The notes beneath the pieces were generated by a model. That model ran no database searches. It was not told the origin of the DNA and saw only the letters and a program-made list of their open reading frames with translations. Below, piece after piece: positions 8,095-16,913 of a stretch of 24,148 bases of DNA. The position numbers and the translations under genes were made by a program. Within the stretch, counting starts at the first letter, position 1; each line of letters opens with the position of its first letter. Source of the stretch: an uncultured virus (IMG/VR IMGVR_UViG_2671180842_000004) (lineage: Duplodnaviria > Heunggongvirae > Uroviricota > Caudoviricetes); the IMG/VR virus record IMGVR_UViG_2671180842_000004. The stretch is one strand, 5' to 3'.

Positions 8095-8349
8095 TTCCTC
8101 CACGTTCCCTAAATCCAAAAAGTCTCTATACGCGCGTATATACGCGTCTGCAGGTAATTTCCTCTTTTTGTCTTTAGGATTACTTTTAATAATTATTTTT
8201 GGAACAATGGAACAGAAGTTATAAAGTAGCCTACTTTACAAAGGGCTGTCGCCTGTTCCAATGAGGTGTACCAAAAGACCGTTTTTGTTTCACCGGAACA
8301 GGGGAAATCTGTTCCTGAGAAAAAATTGTTCCATGTGTTCCAAACTAAA
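8095..8349. repeat. Repeat- and palindrome-rich intergenic region, candidate replication origin
   Basis: Seven exact GGAACA/TGTTCC copies (8201, 8209, 8254, 8295, 8310, 8327, 8336); overlapping palindromes TATACGCGCGTATA (8127-8140) and CGCGTATATACGCG (8133-8146); TAAAGTAG-C-CTACTTTA (8222-8238); AT-rich stretch about 8170-8200. Confidence 0.6.
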
Positions 8350-10695
8350 TTATGCTTTGGGAACGTAAACCCATTGTGGTCCATAAAGCGGGATACGTTC
8401 TTTTCTCACTAGTCCCGTCCAGCCTCCGATACTTGCCATAATTGCAGATATCTCATTGCCATCCACTCGTCGAAGATTGGCTCGATCTTTTCCAAAGCAC
8501 TCACACCAGATTTCCATATTAGAAACCGATTTTCGTTTCCAAACACCTACCCTTTGACTTTCACCAAACTCAGTCCCGTTGATATAGGCTCGACGTTCAT
8601 ATAAATCCATAGTGTCCCAGTCTTCTGGTAAGAGCATATCTAGGTATTCACGTACCAAACCTTCACGCTCATCTGATTCCATAGCTTCCCGCTGTTCTTC
8701 TTTTGCAAGTTTCTCAAGACTGGTATCAAGGTACAATTTTTCTCCAGCTTTCACATAGGTAAGAGCCTCAGCCCATATCTGCAGAATTTCATCATGCTTT
8801 AGTTGCCAAGACTTTTTTGTACCATTTCCTGGAGTTTTTACCGGCCAGAAACGACGGTTTCCTGTGGTGTCCCGCAAATAGCCTTTCTCAGCATTGGTGG
8901 TTCCGAAAAAGATACATTGTCTTAAGTGCGGAGTAGCTCTCCTGCCAAAGCTGGCACGATAAATGTCATTTTGGCGAGACAAGAAACTTCGAAGTGTTTC
9001 AACTTCAGCTTTTTTAAGTCCGGCTAGTTCTCCAATTTCTAAAATCCAGTAACCCTGAAGTTTTTCCGCCGCAGTCTTGTCCTTGGTATCCGACAAGTTC
9101 AAGCTATCTGAAAACCAGTCTCCACCTAACTTAGCAATGAGAGTGCTTTTTCCAACCCCCTGTGGCCCATTTAAAACCAACATGGAATCAAACTTGATGC
9201 CTGGAGTCAGTACACGAGAGATAGCCGCACATAAAGTTTTTCTTGTTACAGCCCGAACATAAGAGTTATCTGATGCACCTAGATAATCGATGAGCAGGGT
9301 ATCTACTCGCGGTACCTTATCCCATTCAGGGAGTGCTTCAATAAACTCCCGAATTGGATGATAAGATCGGTCGTCAGCTACCTTTGCTACGGCCACATCA
9401 TAGTTTCTTGCAGAGAAGGTTCCGTAATGGGTGTCGATATAACTAATCAACTGGGCATCGTCTGCATCTCTCCAAAACTTAGATGGATGTAGCCAAGGAA
9501 CATCACCTTTAATTTCGAGACTGTCTGATAGCTGATTAAAGACAATGCTTTTCAAGTTTGGATCATTTTCTAATATTAAAATTAAGTTTCTAAGTGTGTT
9601 TTTAACAGCACCTGTCTTGTCAAGCTCCAGCTGCTTTTCCCAATCTTCATCAATAAACTCTTTTTCAGCCTGAGCCTTTCTCTCTTCAGCAAACTGCTCT
9701 TTTACCCGTTCATCCTCCAAAGCCAAATCTGTCATTGCTTTAAACGAAGGCAGTTTACTTGGCGATGTATTTTCTGCAGCCTTTTCATCTAAGTCGCGAA
9801 ACTTATGCACTCGTACCAAATCAAAAGCGTTTAGCAGCATTCCGCAAGCCGGATCGGTGGCATGATGGCTATAAGCAAATTTACCGTCGTAGATTACCAA
9901 GCCCGCTGAAGAATCTGCTGGAATATAATCAAATCGGCCATTCATAGCACTTGGCTCATATACATCCTGTAGGAAAGCTTCGATAGCTTCTTCCATGGTA
10001 TAAGCTCTGCAAAATGCCCCGACAGCGCCCTCTTTACTTAAAGGATCTGCTTGCTTTGTGATTTTCCTTTGTACAACCTCTGATTGTCTTGTGGATACAG
10101 GCCACATGGATGTATCCCGCCAATCCGCATATTTGGAAAGATAAACATCAGGATCTAAAAGCTCTCCATCCTTTTCTTTAAAAACAAATTCTCCATCAGA
10201 CGGAGTCGATGGCCAATACATTAACCTAGATGGCTCATAGGTGGTATCATCGAATAAATTAATCCCAATCTCCTTTGCAACCATCCGGCCAAGAGCTGGA
10301 TATTCATCTTCTGTCACTTCTCTTCTTAGTGGTATGATTAGTCTCAATCTTGGAGCTTCCGGTGTGTGTTTATGTGTGGAATAGATGCAGCATTGAAAAT
10401 CATGAAGTGATTCAATCTGCTCCCAAATCCCAGGTTTTGCATAATCCATATCTAAAGTCAGTAGGGAACGTGAGAGGACATATCCATTTCTACGTTTACC
10501 TTCACGAAGAGCTCCTCCCACAAATCCGCCGACATCTTTTATTGCATCCTGCCTAGCACGACTCATTTTGCGAAATTCAGACACTGTTTCTGTTGTTCGT
10601 ATGGTAGATCTCACTCGGGTGATGAAGTCTTCCCATGTGATGTCTTTGTTCTTCCACTTTTTATCCATCCGGCTGTTACCAACCGCTATCTTCAT
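8350..10695 (-). CDS. VirE/VapE-family primase-helicase (N-terminal primase-polymerase-like domain, C-terminal P-loop helicase)
   Basis: LTLDMD and YSTHKH..PRLRLIIPL in the N-terminus; Walker A GPQGVGKST, ILEIGEL, FFGTTN, DTTGNRRFWPV. Confidence 0.92.
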   Translation of the reverse strand: MKIAVGNSRMDKKWKNKDITWEDFITRVRSTIRTTETVSEFRKMSRARQDAIKDVGGFVGGALREGKRRNGYVLSRSLLTLDMDYAKPGIWEQIESLHDFQCCIYSTHKHTPEAPRLRLIIPLRREVTEDEYPALGRMVAKEIGINLFDDTTYEPSRLMYWPSTPSDGEFVFKEKDGELLDPDVYLSKYADWRDTSMWPVSTRQSEVVQRKITKQADPLSKEGAVGAFCRAYTMEEAIEAFLQDVYEPSAMNGRFDYIPADSSAGLVIYDGKFAYSHHATDPACGMLLNAFDLVRVHKFRDLDEKAAENTSPSKLPSFKAMTDLALEDERVKEQFAEERKAQAEKEFIDEDWEKQLELDKTGAVKNTLRNLILILENDPNLKSIVFNQLSDSLEIKGDVPWLHPSKFWRDADDAQLISYIDTHYGTFSARNYDVAVAKVADDRSYHPIREFIEALPEWDKVPRVDTLLIDYLGASDNSYVRAVTRKTLCAAISRVLTPGIKFDSMLVLNGPQGVGKSTLIAKLGGDWFSDSLNLSDTKDKTAAEKLQGYWILEIGELAGLKKAEVETLRSFLSRQNDIYRASFGRRATPHLRQCIFFGTTNAEKGYLRDTTGNRRFWPVKTPGNGTKKSWQLKHDEILQIWAEALTYVKAGEKLYLDTSLEKLAKEEQREAMESDEREGLVREYLDMLLPEDWDTMDLYERRAYINGTEFGESQRVGVWKRKSVSNMEIWCECFGKDRANLRRVDGNEISAIMASIGGWTGLVRKERIPLYGPQWVYVPKA

Positions 10696-11111
10696 ATCTT
10701 CTGCACCTCCTCGCAGTTTTCGGTAAAATACCGAATAGGAATACGATGCTTCGATGCTTTATCTATTTCTGCTTGCATTCCTTTTGAGATGTAGCGACCA
10801 AATACCCACAACTCCTCGCACTTTCTAAGCCAAACCATTCCAAAGAATAGTCCTAGTTTTCTTTGTTCATGATCGCTATCATCTAGCACTTGTGGGTATA
10901 GCAGGTGAGGAGCAAAAGGAATAGTTCCTTGCTCCACTGCAAACGTCAGGTATTTTCTAGCTTTATTTAGATTTTTTTCTATGTCTCCAGCAAAAGGAGA
11001 ACAAATAAAAACGCAAGGTTTATAGCATTTCGCTTTTTCTTCACGCATGATATTTTCCATGGCTTCTGCTGCAGCCTCTTCTGGATAGCCTTCAGCGTTA
11101 TATTTATCCAT
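10692..11111 (-). CDS. DUF4406-like / nucleoside 2-deoxyribosyltransferase-fold phage protein
   Basis: VFICSPFAGD...PFAPHL...CEELWVFG..ISKGMQAEI pattern. Confidence 0.75.
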   Translation of the reverse strand: MDKYNAEGYPEEAAAEAMENIMREEKAKCYKPCVFICSPFAGDIEKNLNKARKYLTFAVEQGTIPFAPHLLYPQVLDDSDHEQRKLGLFFGMVWLRKCEELWVFGRYISKGMQAEIDKASKHRIPIRYFTENCEEVQKI

Positions 11112-11114
11112 AAG

Positions 11115-11906
11115 TTACATCTCCTCGAATTCGGACTCTTGTTCAATCAATGGTAAAATGCCATGATCCTTAAGAAGCTCATAAATGAATAAGCGTCCTT
11201 TCTGAGTCCAGTAAGTATGAACCTTTGAATGCATCGTCCCATCATTTCCAGAGTACGTATGGGTTTTGGTTGTCGTATATCCATGTTGGGCATACTTTTG
11301 ATATAGAAGCCAGATTTTCCCTTGACGGAACTGAACGCCCAGATTATGCAGATATTCATTGAACCAACGACCAGACTTTCCATAATCCTTGGCGATGGTT
11401 GTAATAGACACCGCATCCTTGCAGTTAAGTACCACATCGTAATAACTGGCTTTGGGTTTCATTTCTGCAATCTGCTGTTCTTGAATGCTAATGGTAGTTG
11501 TTAGCTCGGCATTTTTGGCTCTTTCGGCTTTAAGCTCCTGCAGTGCTTGAATCAAAAAGTCCGGATTAGCAAGCAACTCATCTGTAGCATAAAGTCCATG
11601 CCTTCTGATGGAAGGAAGAACTTCATGAGTTACCCAGCGCTTGAACTTTTTAGCTTCTGGCTTTCGAGAAACCAATATCACGCTATAAAGGCCACTTTCA
11701 TTGATAATAGATACTTCCTGTTTTCCTCCAGGGGTGTCGATAATATCGACTCCCTTTTCATCACTGTCCAATCGAGATGTAACATCACGACTGTTTCCAA
11801 TTTCTAGCACAGAACAGATATCCTTAAGTACCCACCAAGGATTACCATCCTTTAAAATTGTTCTGACATTGTTGCCCTCGTAGTTGAAAATCGTTAATTT
11901 GTTCAT
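11115..11906 (-). CDS. Phage antirepressor (BRO-N plus ANT/KilAC domain)
   Basis: PWWVLKDIC...INESGLYSVIL.SRKPEAKKFKRWVTHEVLPSIRRHG; C-terminal PKASYYD...YWTQKGRLFI; start moved to ATG 11906 with SD GGAGG. Confidence 0.93.
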   Translation of the reverse strand: MNKLTIFNYEGNNVRTILKDGNPWWVLKDICSVLEIGNSRDVTSRLDSDEKGVDIIDTPGGKQEVSIINESGLYSVILVSRKPEAKKFKRWVTHEVLPSIRRHGLYATDELLANPDFLIQALQELKAERAKNAELTTTISIQEQQIAEMKPKASYYDVVLNCKDAVSITTIAKDYGKSGRWFNEYLHNLGVQFRQGKIWLLYQKYAQHGYTTTKTHTYSGNDGTMHSKVHTYWTQKGRLFIYELLKDHGILPLIEQESEFEEM

Positions 11907-11946
11907 ATCGAACCTCCAGCATATAGTTGTAGAGCGATAAAACATG

Positions 11947-11988
11947 CCCTCAGCTATAAGCAAAAAAAGAGGAGGCTTCGAACCCCCT
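11947..11988 (-). promoter_or_regulatory. Promoter-like motif copy 1 (AGGGGGTTCGAA-N15-GCTTAT-N3-TGAGGG)
   Basis: 31 of 42 positions identical, ungapped, to 16166-16207; intergenic, upstream of the antirepressor gene. Confidence 0.65.
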
Positions 11989-11992
11989 CAAA

Positions 11993-13927
11993 TTAATCTT
12001 TTTTATAAAAATAGCATTCAAATCCATCAGCACGAAGTAGAAGCCCATGCGCCCAAGGCGGTACCTGACCCATAAGAACACAGATGTCTTGTACGCATAT
12101 TACTAAAGGAACCTCTAAAACTACCTCGTCATGGACATGCATGACAATATTTAATCCTGCTTCATCCAGTTTTCGCATGGAATGGCAAAGAAGATCTCTT
12201 GAAATGGCCTGCACGATGTTCTCAACAAATTTCGGACCATAGCTTTCAATACGCTCCCACTTCTTTGTGGTACCAACGCCTTCATACGTCACTGCTTCAC
12301 TGCCGAATCTGTTAATCCCCATCCTTGGTTTGACATAGGTAAGCTGTCTCCCGGATGGTAACCATATCAACAGCATTCCACTGCGATATTCAAAACGGAT
12401 ACGATGAGTTTCTGTTCTACATCTTTCTTTTACAGCTTTTTTAACTGCTCTATCGACATCCCACCAAAGCCTAACAATGTTTGGATTCGCATTTCGCCAT
12501 GCATAGACCAAAGGTTTTAATTCTTCTTCGGTAAGACCCATATCAAGTGCTCCCATTGCTTTTAACGCACCAACTGATCCACCATAACCCAAGGCCAACT
12601 CCGCAATTTTTCCTTTTTGTCTGAGTAGACTACCTTTTGTGACTTCTTCCAAGGGGACCCTAAACATCTGGGAAGCGGATGCTTCGTAAATCTTGCCATG
12701 GGTAGCGAATACCTCATTTCTCCATGTCTCGCCTGCGAGCCAGGCAATCACTCTAGCTTCAATTGCACTAAAATCAGCAACAATAAACTTATATCCTTTC
12801 TTTGGAACAAAGGCGGTACGGATTAACTCGGACAAAACCCCTGGAACAGAATCGTACAATAATTCCAAGGCCTCAAAATGACCACCTCTAACTAACCTTC
12901 TCGCCTGCTCCAGATCCGGCAAATGGTTCTGCGGAAGATTTTGAACTTGTATAAGCCTCCCTGCAAATCTGCCGGTTCGATTGGCACCATAAAACTGCAA
13001 TAGACCACGTGCTCTTCCATCAGCACATACTGCATTTTCCATAGCGGTGTATTTCTTTACACTGGACTTTGCTAGCAGTTGCCTCAGTTCCAGCACTTCA
13101 CTCAGGTGATCTGGAGCTTCCTTTAATAGTGCCTTAACTGACGCCTTATCAAGACTATCCGTTTCCAGACCACTTTCCGATAGCCAGGTTTTCATCTGGG
13201 TCACTGAGTTTGGATTTTCAAGATTAGTAAGCTCTTTTAGTCGGCTTGTGAACTCTTCTCGGGTTTGTTCATCACACTGGATAGCCTTCCTTACCAAGTC
13301 TAAATCCAATTGAATACCTCGATCATTAATCTGCTGGTCTAGAATATAGTTCTGCCACTCCTCTTCTGGCATAGGGAACTTCTGAAGCTTTGCCTGTATG
13401 GAAAGTTCAGCTTCAACATCTCGAAGGTTATATGCTTTGAAACTCTCCCACTTTTCTAAAGCATGCTCCGGTAGATTGCGAGTTCGGCCTCCATTAGACT
13501 GAGTCGCTTTGCATGGAACAGAGAAATATCGGATGAGTTCCTTACCCTCAGTCAGCTTTTTCTTATCAGCTCCTGTTACAAGAGCCGCTCCTTCTAGCGA
13601 TAGAGGAAGTCCTAGGTAGGCAGACCACACCATCGTACAACGCCATGAAGCAGGCTCAAGCCAGACACCAAAATGACGAGACAAGCAGATTCGTTCAAAT
13701 TGAGCATTAAATGCCCACTTTATAATCTGGCTATCTAGAACTGCATTCTGGATTTCTTGTGGGATCTTTTCGCCACATGCTAAATCAACTACCTGTACAG
13801 GACCACCATCCACACTGTAGCCCAAAAGTAGGATTTGAAAATCCGGTGCTTCAGCGTAACGATAGACCCCGCTTTTGGCGATGTCTACGCTACTATATGT
13901 TTCTATATCTATGCTGAGGGTTCTCAT
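11993..13927 (-). CDS. Phage family A DNA polymerase with 3'-5' exonuclease domain
   Basis: Exo DIETYS, FNAQFER, YNLRDVE; motif A ADFSAIEARV, motif B RQKGKIAELALGYG, motif C HVHDE. Confidence 0.95.
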   Translation of the reverse strand: MRTLSIDIETYSSVDIAKSGVYRYAEAPDFQILLLGYSVDGGPVQVVDLACGEKIPQEIQNAVLDSQIIKWAFNAQFERICLSRHFGVWLEPASWRCTMVWSAYLGLPLSLEGAALVTGADKKKLTEGKELIRYFSVPCKATQSNGGRTRNLPEHALEKWESFKAYNLRDVEAELSIQAKLQKFPMPEEEWQNYILDQQINDRGIQLDLDLVRKAIQCDEQTREEFTSRLKELTNLENPNSVTQMKTWLSESGLETDSLDKASVKALLKEAPDHLSEVLELRQLLAKSSVKKYTAMENAVCADGRARGLLQFYGANRTGRFAGRLIQVQNLPQNHLPDLEQARRLVRGGHFEALELLYDSVPGVLSELIRTAFVPKKGYKFIVADFSAIEARVIAWLAGETWRNEVFATHGKIYEASASQMFRVPLEEVTKGSLLRQKGKIAELALGYGGSVGALKAMGALDMGLTEEELKPLVYAWRNANPNIVRLWWDVDRAVKKAVKERCRTETHRIRFEYRSGMLLIWLPSGRQLTYVKPRMGINRFGSEAVTYEGVGTTKKWERIESYGPKFVENIVQAISRDLLCHSMRKLDEAGLNIVMHVHDEVVLEVPLVICVQDICVLMGQVPPWAHGLLLRADGFECYFYKKD

Positions 13928-14484
13928 GATAAAAAGTCGTCATCCACGTCAGTGGCAAAGTCATCAGCTGCATTGGTTCTACCGCCTAAAGGCTCACCAT
14001 CGCGGATTTTTTGAATGTTTCCAAGGCCACACGCTATACCCTTATTTCCATTGGAGTTAAAGGCGTAGAAGTTGATACTCACTCTTGCATAGACACCGGA
14101 GTACACTTCTGAACGATCAAGGATTGGATTGACGTTTCTGTCTACAATTTGTGGAGCAGTATTGCTGTTGGCATTGATAAAATAGCTGTTGGCATAAGCC
14201 TCATCATCCGGACGATCAATGTCGCCATCACGCAGAGGGAGCTTGAGAACTGCTTTATTGGGAATCTTCCCACCGAATTTACCTTTACCTTCCTCTATGG
14301 CGGCATTCACTGCTTCGTTGATAGCGCTTAAGGTTTTAGTATCACTCTTAGGGATAATCAGGCTCACACTGTATTTTTCAGTACCGCCATTGATAGATTT
14401 AGGTTCCCAGACATTGGCATAAGAGAGTCGTACAACTCCTGTGATTACTTTCGTTGGGTTCGTTCTTTTTACTGTTTTTGACAT
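13924..14484 (-). CDS. DUF2815 family ssDNA-binding protein (T7 gp2.5-like)
   Basis: RLSYANVWEP...KYSVSLIIPK...LPLRDGD...YSGVYAR...GLGNIQKIRDGEPLGG, acidic tail DDDFLS; start at ATG 14484 with SD GGAGG. Confidence 0.9.
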   Translation of the reverse strand: MSKTVKRTNPTKVITGVVRLSYANVWEPKSINGGTEKYSVSLIIPKSDTKTLSAINEAVNAAIEEGKGKFGGKIPNKAVLKLPLRDGDIDRPDDEAYANSYFINANSNTAPQIVDRNVNPILDRSEVYSGVYARVSINFYAFNSNGNKGIACGLGNIQKIRDGEPLGGRTNAADDFATDVDDDFLS

Positions 14485-14488
14485 AGTA

Positions 14489-15616
14489 TTATACCTCCAT
14501 AAAATCATTTTTTGCTGATGATGTGTTCATTTCAGGACGCTTGTCTGAAACTGGTACTAGCGTCGGTTTGCCTGGTGGCTTCATAATTAGTCCACCAAGG
14601 ACTTCATTAAATTTTGTCTTGCCCATCAATTTCTCCATTTCAGTAATAGTGATGAGACTTTGCTTGTATATGTCGCGATAACCTGCATTCTTTGCCGCTT
14701 CTGCGACCGCTTCTTCATCTTTGTATTTACGGTTGGAACGGCCTTCGACTACTTTAAAGCCGGGCCACTTCTTTCCATGATTAACTGCTGCATCTGTCGC
14801 ATAGGCTATAATCTCATTTGTCCATCTGGTGAGATCACCGATAGAAGATAGAATCTCAGCAATTTCTTCATCTGATAAAAGTGGCGGTAGCGCAAACTCA
14901 AATGTAGCCAGTTTCATTTTCGCTTCTGCTCTTGCTCGACATTTCACTGCAGCCCGACAAAATTGACACCACTCTCCGGGGCAATAGTTTCCGTCACCAG
15001 CGAAGGCCAGTTCAGCTTTAGGTTTCAAAACTTCTTCAGCCCATCGATACAAGCTTTCTTTTGAGACTGTGGACGTGCTGATATTTTCACGACGAGGTTG
15101 ATAAATTGTCATTGAAACCATCTCGATGTCATAAATACCATCAAAGAGATCCAGTGCACCAAGGGCATATAGTTTCATTTGAGGATTGTCCTCTGCGCTG
15201 ACTAAGACACCCTGACCATACTTAAAATCAATAATGTGAAGAGTTCCATCAGCTATAATTACACAATCCCCGGTCCCAAAGCCATCAGGAACATACTTTG
15301 AAAAATCAAGCCGCTGTTCTATCAAGATTAAGGGGTCACTACATGTCTGCTTGGCTTGCTCAATCACTTCAAGCACATACTCTACATATCCATCGGTGTA
15401 ATTATCCATCTCATCTGAGTCATATGGAGAAACCGGCTTTTTTGATCTCATCTTAAGCGCTTTGCGGAGCTTGTGCTCACTTAACGCATGGGCAGCTGTG
15501 CCTTCAGCCGCAGCTTCACCGCTGTTGTCGTCAAACTCCAGCTCCAACCTCGCTGATGGTGTGCAGTTTAACCACCTATGGGCTCCAGATGCAGAGAGAA
15601 TTGCATGTTTACTCAT
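14489..15616 (-). CDS. DUF2800 family PD-(D/E)XK (Cas4-like) nuclease
   Basis: HAILSAS.AHRWLNC, EGTAAH, FGTGD...IIDFKYG, QMKLYALG, C-terminal WCQFC...C cluster. Confidence 0.9.
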   Translation of the reverse strand: MSKHAILSASGAHRWLNCTPSARLELEFDDNSGEAAAEGTAAHALSEHKLRKALKMRSKKPVSPYDSDEMDNYTDGYVEYVLEVIEQAKQTCSDPLILIEQRLDFSKYVPDGFGTGDCVIIADGTLHIIDFKYGQGVLVSAEDNPQMKLYALGALDLFDGIYDIEMVSMTIYQPRRENISTSTVSKESLYRWAEEVLKPKAELAFAGDGNYCPGEWCQFCRAAVKCRARAEAKMKLATFEFALPPLLSDEEIAEILSSIGDLTRWTNEIIAYATDAAVNHGKKWPGFKVVEGRSNRKYKDEEAVAEAAKNAGYRDIYKQSLITITEMEKLMGKTKFNEVLGGLIMKPPGKPTLVPVSDKRPEMNTSSAKNDFMEV

Positions 15617-15930
15617 TTCAATCCCTCCGCATCGGCAAGAAGTGCAGCATACTTGCTTGGATCAATCTGGCTGAGTTTTGATGCACCATACTTTTCTAGA
15701 AGTGCTCTTACTTCAGCTGTAAATCCGTCATGGCTTTTTTCCGCAAGTACCGCCCTTACTTCTTCTAAGGTGAGCTGCTTTTCTTCAGATTGTTTTTCAG
15801 GCTTTGGTTGCTCTGGCTTTGTAATCTCATGAGGCCCATTACTTGCTATTGCATCAGCTACAGCCTGAACACTATCTGCCAGAGCTCTAAGATCTGACAC
15901 CACATCGAGAAGGAGCTTAATCTTACTCAT
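15613..15930 (-). CDS. Conserved phage hypothetical protein
   Basis: MSKIKLLLDVV...LTLEEVRAVLAEKS..G.TAEVRALLEKYGASKLS; SD GGAGGTG before ATG 15930; overlaps both neighbours. Confidence 0.8.
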   Translation of the reverse strand: MSKIKLLLDVVSDLRALADSVQAVADAIASNGPHEITKPEQPKPEKQSEEKQLTLEEVRAVLAEKSHDGFTAEVRALLEKYGASKLSQIDPSKYAALLADAEGLK

Positions 15931-16132
15931 GACCCACACCTCCTTCCTTGATTTCCTTTATTTCTACCGTCTCAACTGAGTCACCGGGAGTAATTACAAG
16001 CAGACTGACTTTCTTTCCAAATAGGAAATCAAGCATTCTCGCTCGGATTGTCTTCCGACTGCTTTGAATTACTGAGCTTCTTTCGCCACCGGGCCTTGCC
16101 ACATTGATTGTGACTTTGTGTTTAAGGTTCAT
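15923..16132 (-). CDS. Small phage hypothetical protein (69 aa)
   Basis: SD AAAGGAG before ATG; stop overlaps the next start; first gene after promoter motif copy 2. Confidence 0.8.
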   Translation of the reverse strand: MNLKHKVTINVARPGGERSSVIQSSRKTIRARMLDFLFGKKVSLLVITPGDSVETVEIKEIKEGGVGHE

Positions 16133-16165
16133 ATTCCATCTCCTTTCTGGGGGCGATTTATCTGC

Positions 16166-16207
16166 CCCTCACCGATAAGCGAAAAAGAGAGTTCTTTCGA
16201 ACCCCCT
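16166..16207 (-). promoter_or_regulatory. Promoter-like motif copy 2
   Basis: Matches 11947-11988; lies just downstream of the sigma-like gene and upstream of the replication operon; followed by a GGGGC...GCCCC hairpin (about 16150-16168). Confidence 0.65.
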
Positions 16208-16249
16208 TTTCAGAAAAGATTTTTTTATAAAGGGTTCTTGCGAACCCAA

Positions 16250-16744
16250 TTAGGATAGAATTTTTCTAAGTCTTTCTTGAAGCTTCTTAAGGCGACCACG
16301 AATAGCCGCTTCTGTAACACCTTCTTCTGTTGCAATATCAGTGTTGGATCGTTTTTCAAGGTATACTTTTTTGAAGAGTTCTTTTTGTTGTGGTAAAAGA
16401 CACTCCATTGCCTTGGTTAACTTGTCCAGCATATCTTGATGTTCAGCCTCATCTTCTGCTTGTATAATTAGCTGTTCTGGATTCGCAGTATCATCTGCAA
16501 GATACTTATTGCGGTCATTTGCCGCTTCCTCTTCGCCATCATGATAAGCATCCAGATGTGTTGTCACTCGATAATCGTACCGGCGCTGCTCGTCCACTTC
16601 GTCATCATCCATAGTATGTAAAAGCTCGATATCAGCTTCGGTGACTCCATCTTCACCTGGGGTAATCACAATCTTTGTTCCTTCAGCAGTGTAATAAATG
16701 TAGTTAGTTCTCTTCTTTTTACTTGTTTTGTACGCTCTTTTCAT
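16250..16744 (-). CDS. Sigma-70 region 4-like transcription factor (phage sigma-like protein)
   Basis: C-terminal LLPQQKELFKKVYLEKRSNTDIATEEGVTEAAIRGRLKKL HTH; start moved to ATG 16744 (MKRAYK) with SD AAAGGAG; the upstream extension in the ORF track runs through a structured leader. Confidence 0.85.
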   Translation of the reverse strand: MKRAYKTSKKKRTNYIYYTAEGTKIVITPGEDGVTEADIELLHTMDDDEVDEQRRYDYRVTTHLDAYHDGEEEAANDRNKYLADDTANPEQLIIQAEDEAEHQDMLDKLTKAMECLLPQQKELFKKVYLEKRSNTDIATEEGVTEAAIRGRLKKLQERLRKILS

Positions 16745-16820
16745 AATTTGACTCCTTTGGTTTTCAAAATTTGGCTTTGAAAAATCCGCAGGAGCCGGTT
16801 TTCTTTTATCCGCAGAGCAG

Positions 16821-16869
16821 AAAAAAAGACGGGCAGGAAACACTTTCAAAGTGTTCATCCTGTCCGTCT
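16821..16869 (-). terminator. Intrinsic terminator in the leader of the sigma-like gene
   Basis: Minus strand AGACGGACAGGA-TG-AACACTTTGAAAGTGTT-TCCTGCCCGTC followed by a T7 run. Confidence 0.75.
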
Positions 16870-16913
16870 AGCGGCTCTGCGGATTATTTCGTATAATTGC
16901 TTGATCACAATTC

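Noticed and set aside
8193..8384. 63-aa ORF across the candidate origin
   Set aside because: Its sequence is dictated by the GGAACA repeats, it starts inside virE, and it has no SD.
8350..10695. 'Virulence-associated protein E' (and the 'virulence-related' label for 1-423) as virulence factors
   Set aside because: These are legacy family names; motifs indicate a primase-helicase and nothing in the sequence supports a virulence role.
14489..15616. Cas4-like gene as evidence of a CRISPR-Cas system
   Set aside because: It sits in the standard nuclease-SSB-polymerase phage replication module; no array or other cas genes.
1077..15832. Many short plus-strand ORFs antisense to the phage genes (e.g. 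3101-3529, 4656-5009)
   Set aside because: They are shadows of well-supported minus-strand genes, with no SD or motif support.
16745..16858. N-terminal extension of the sigma-like ORF given in the ORF track
   Set aside because: It runs through a terminator hairpin and lacks an SD, whereas ATG 16744 has AAAGGAG; likewise the longer starts at 5918, 7845, 11963, 14508, 15939, 20284 and 23765 were replaced by SD-supported starts.
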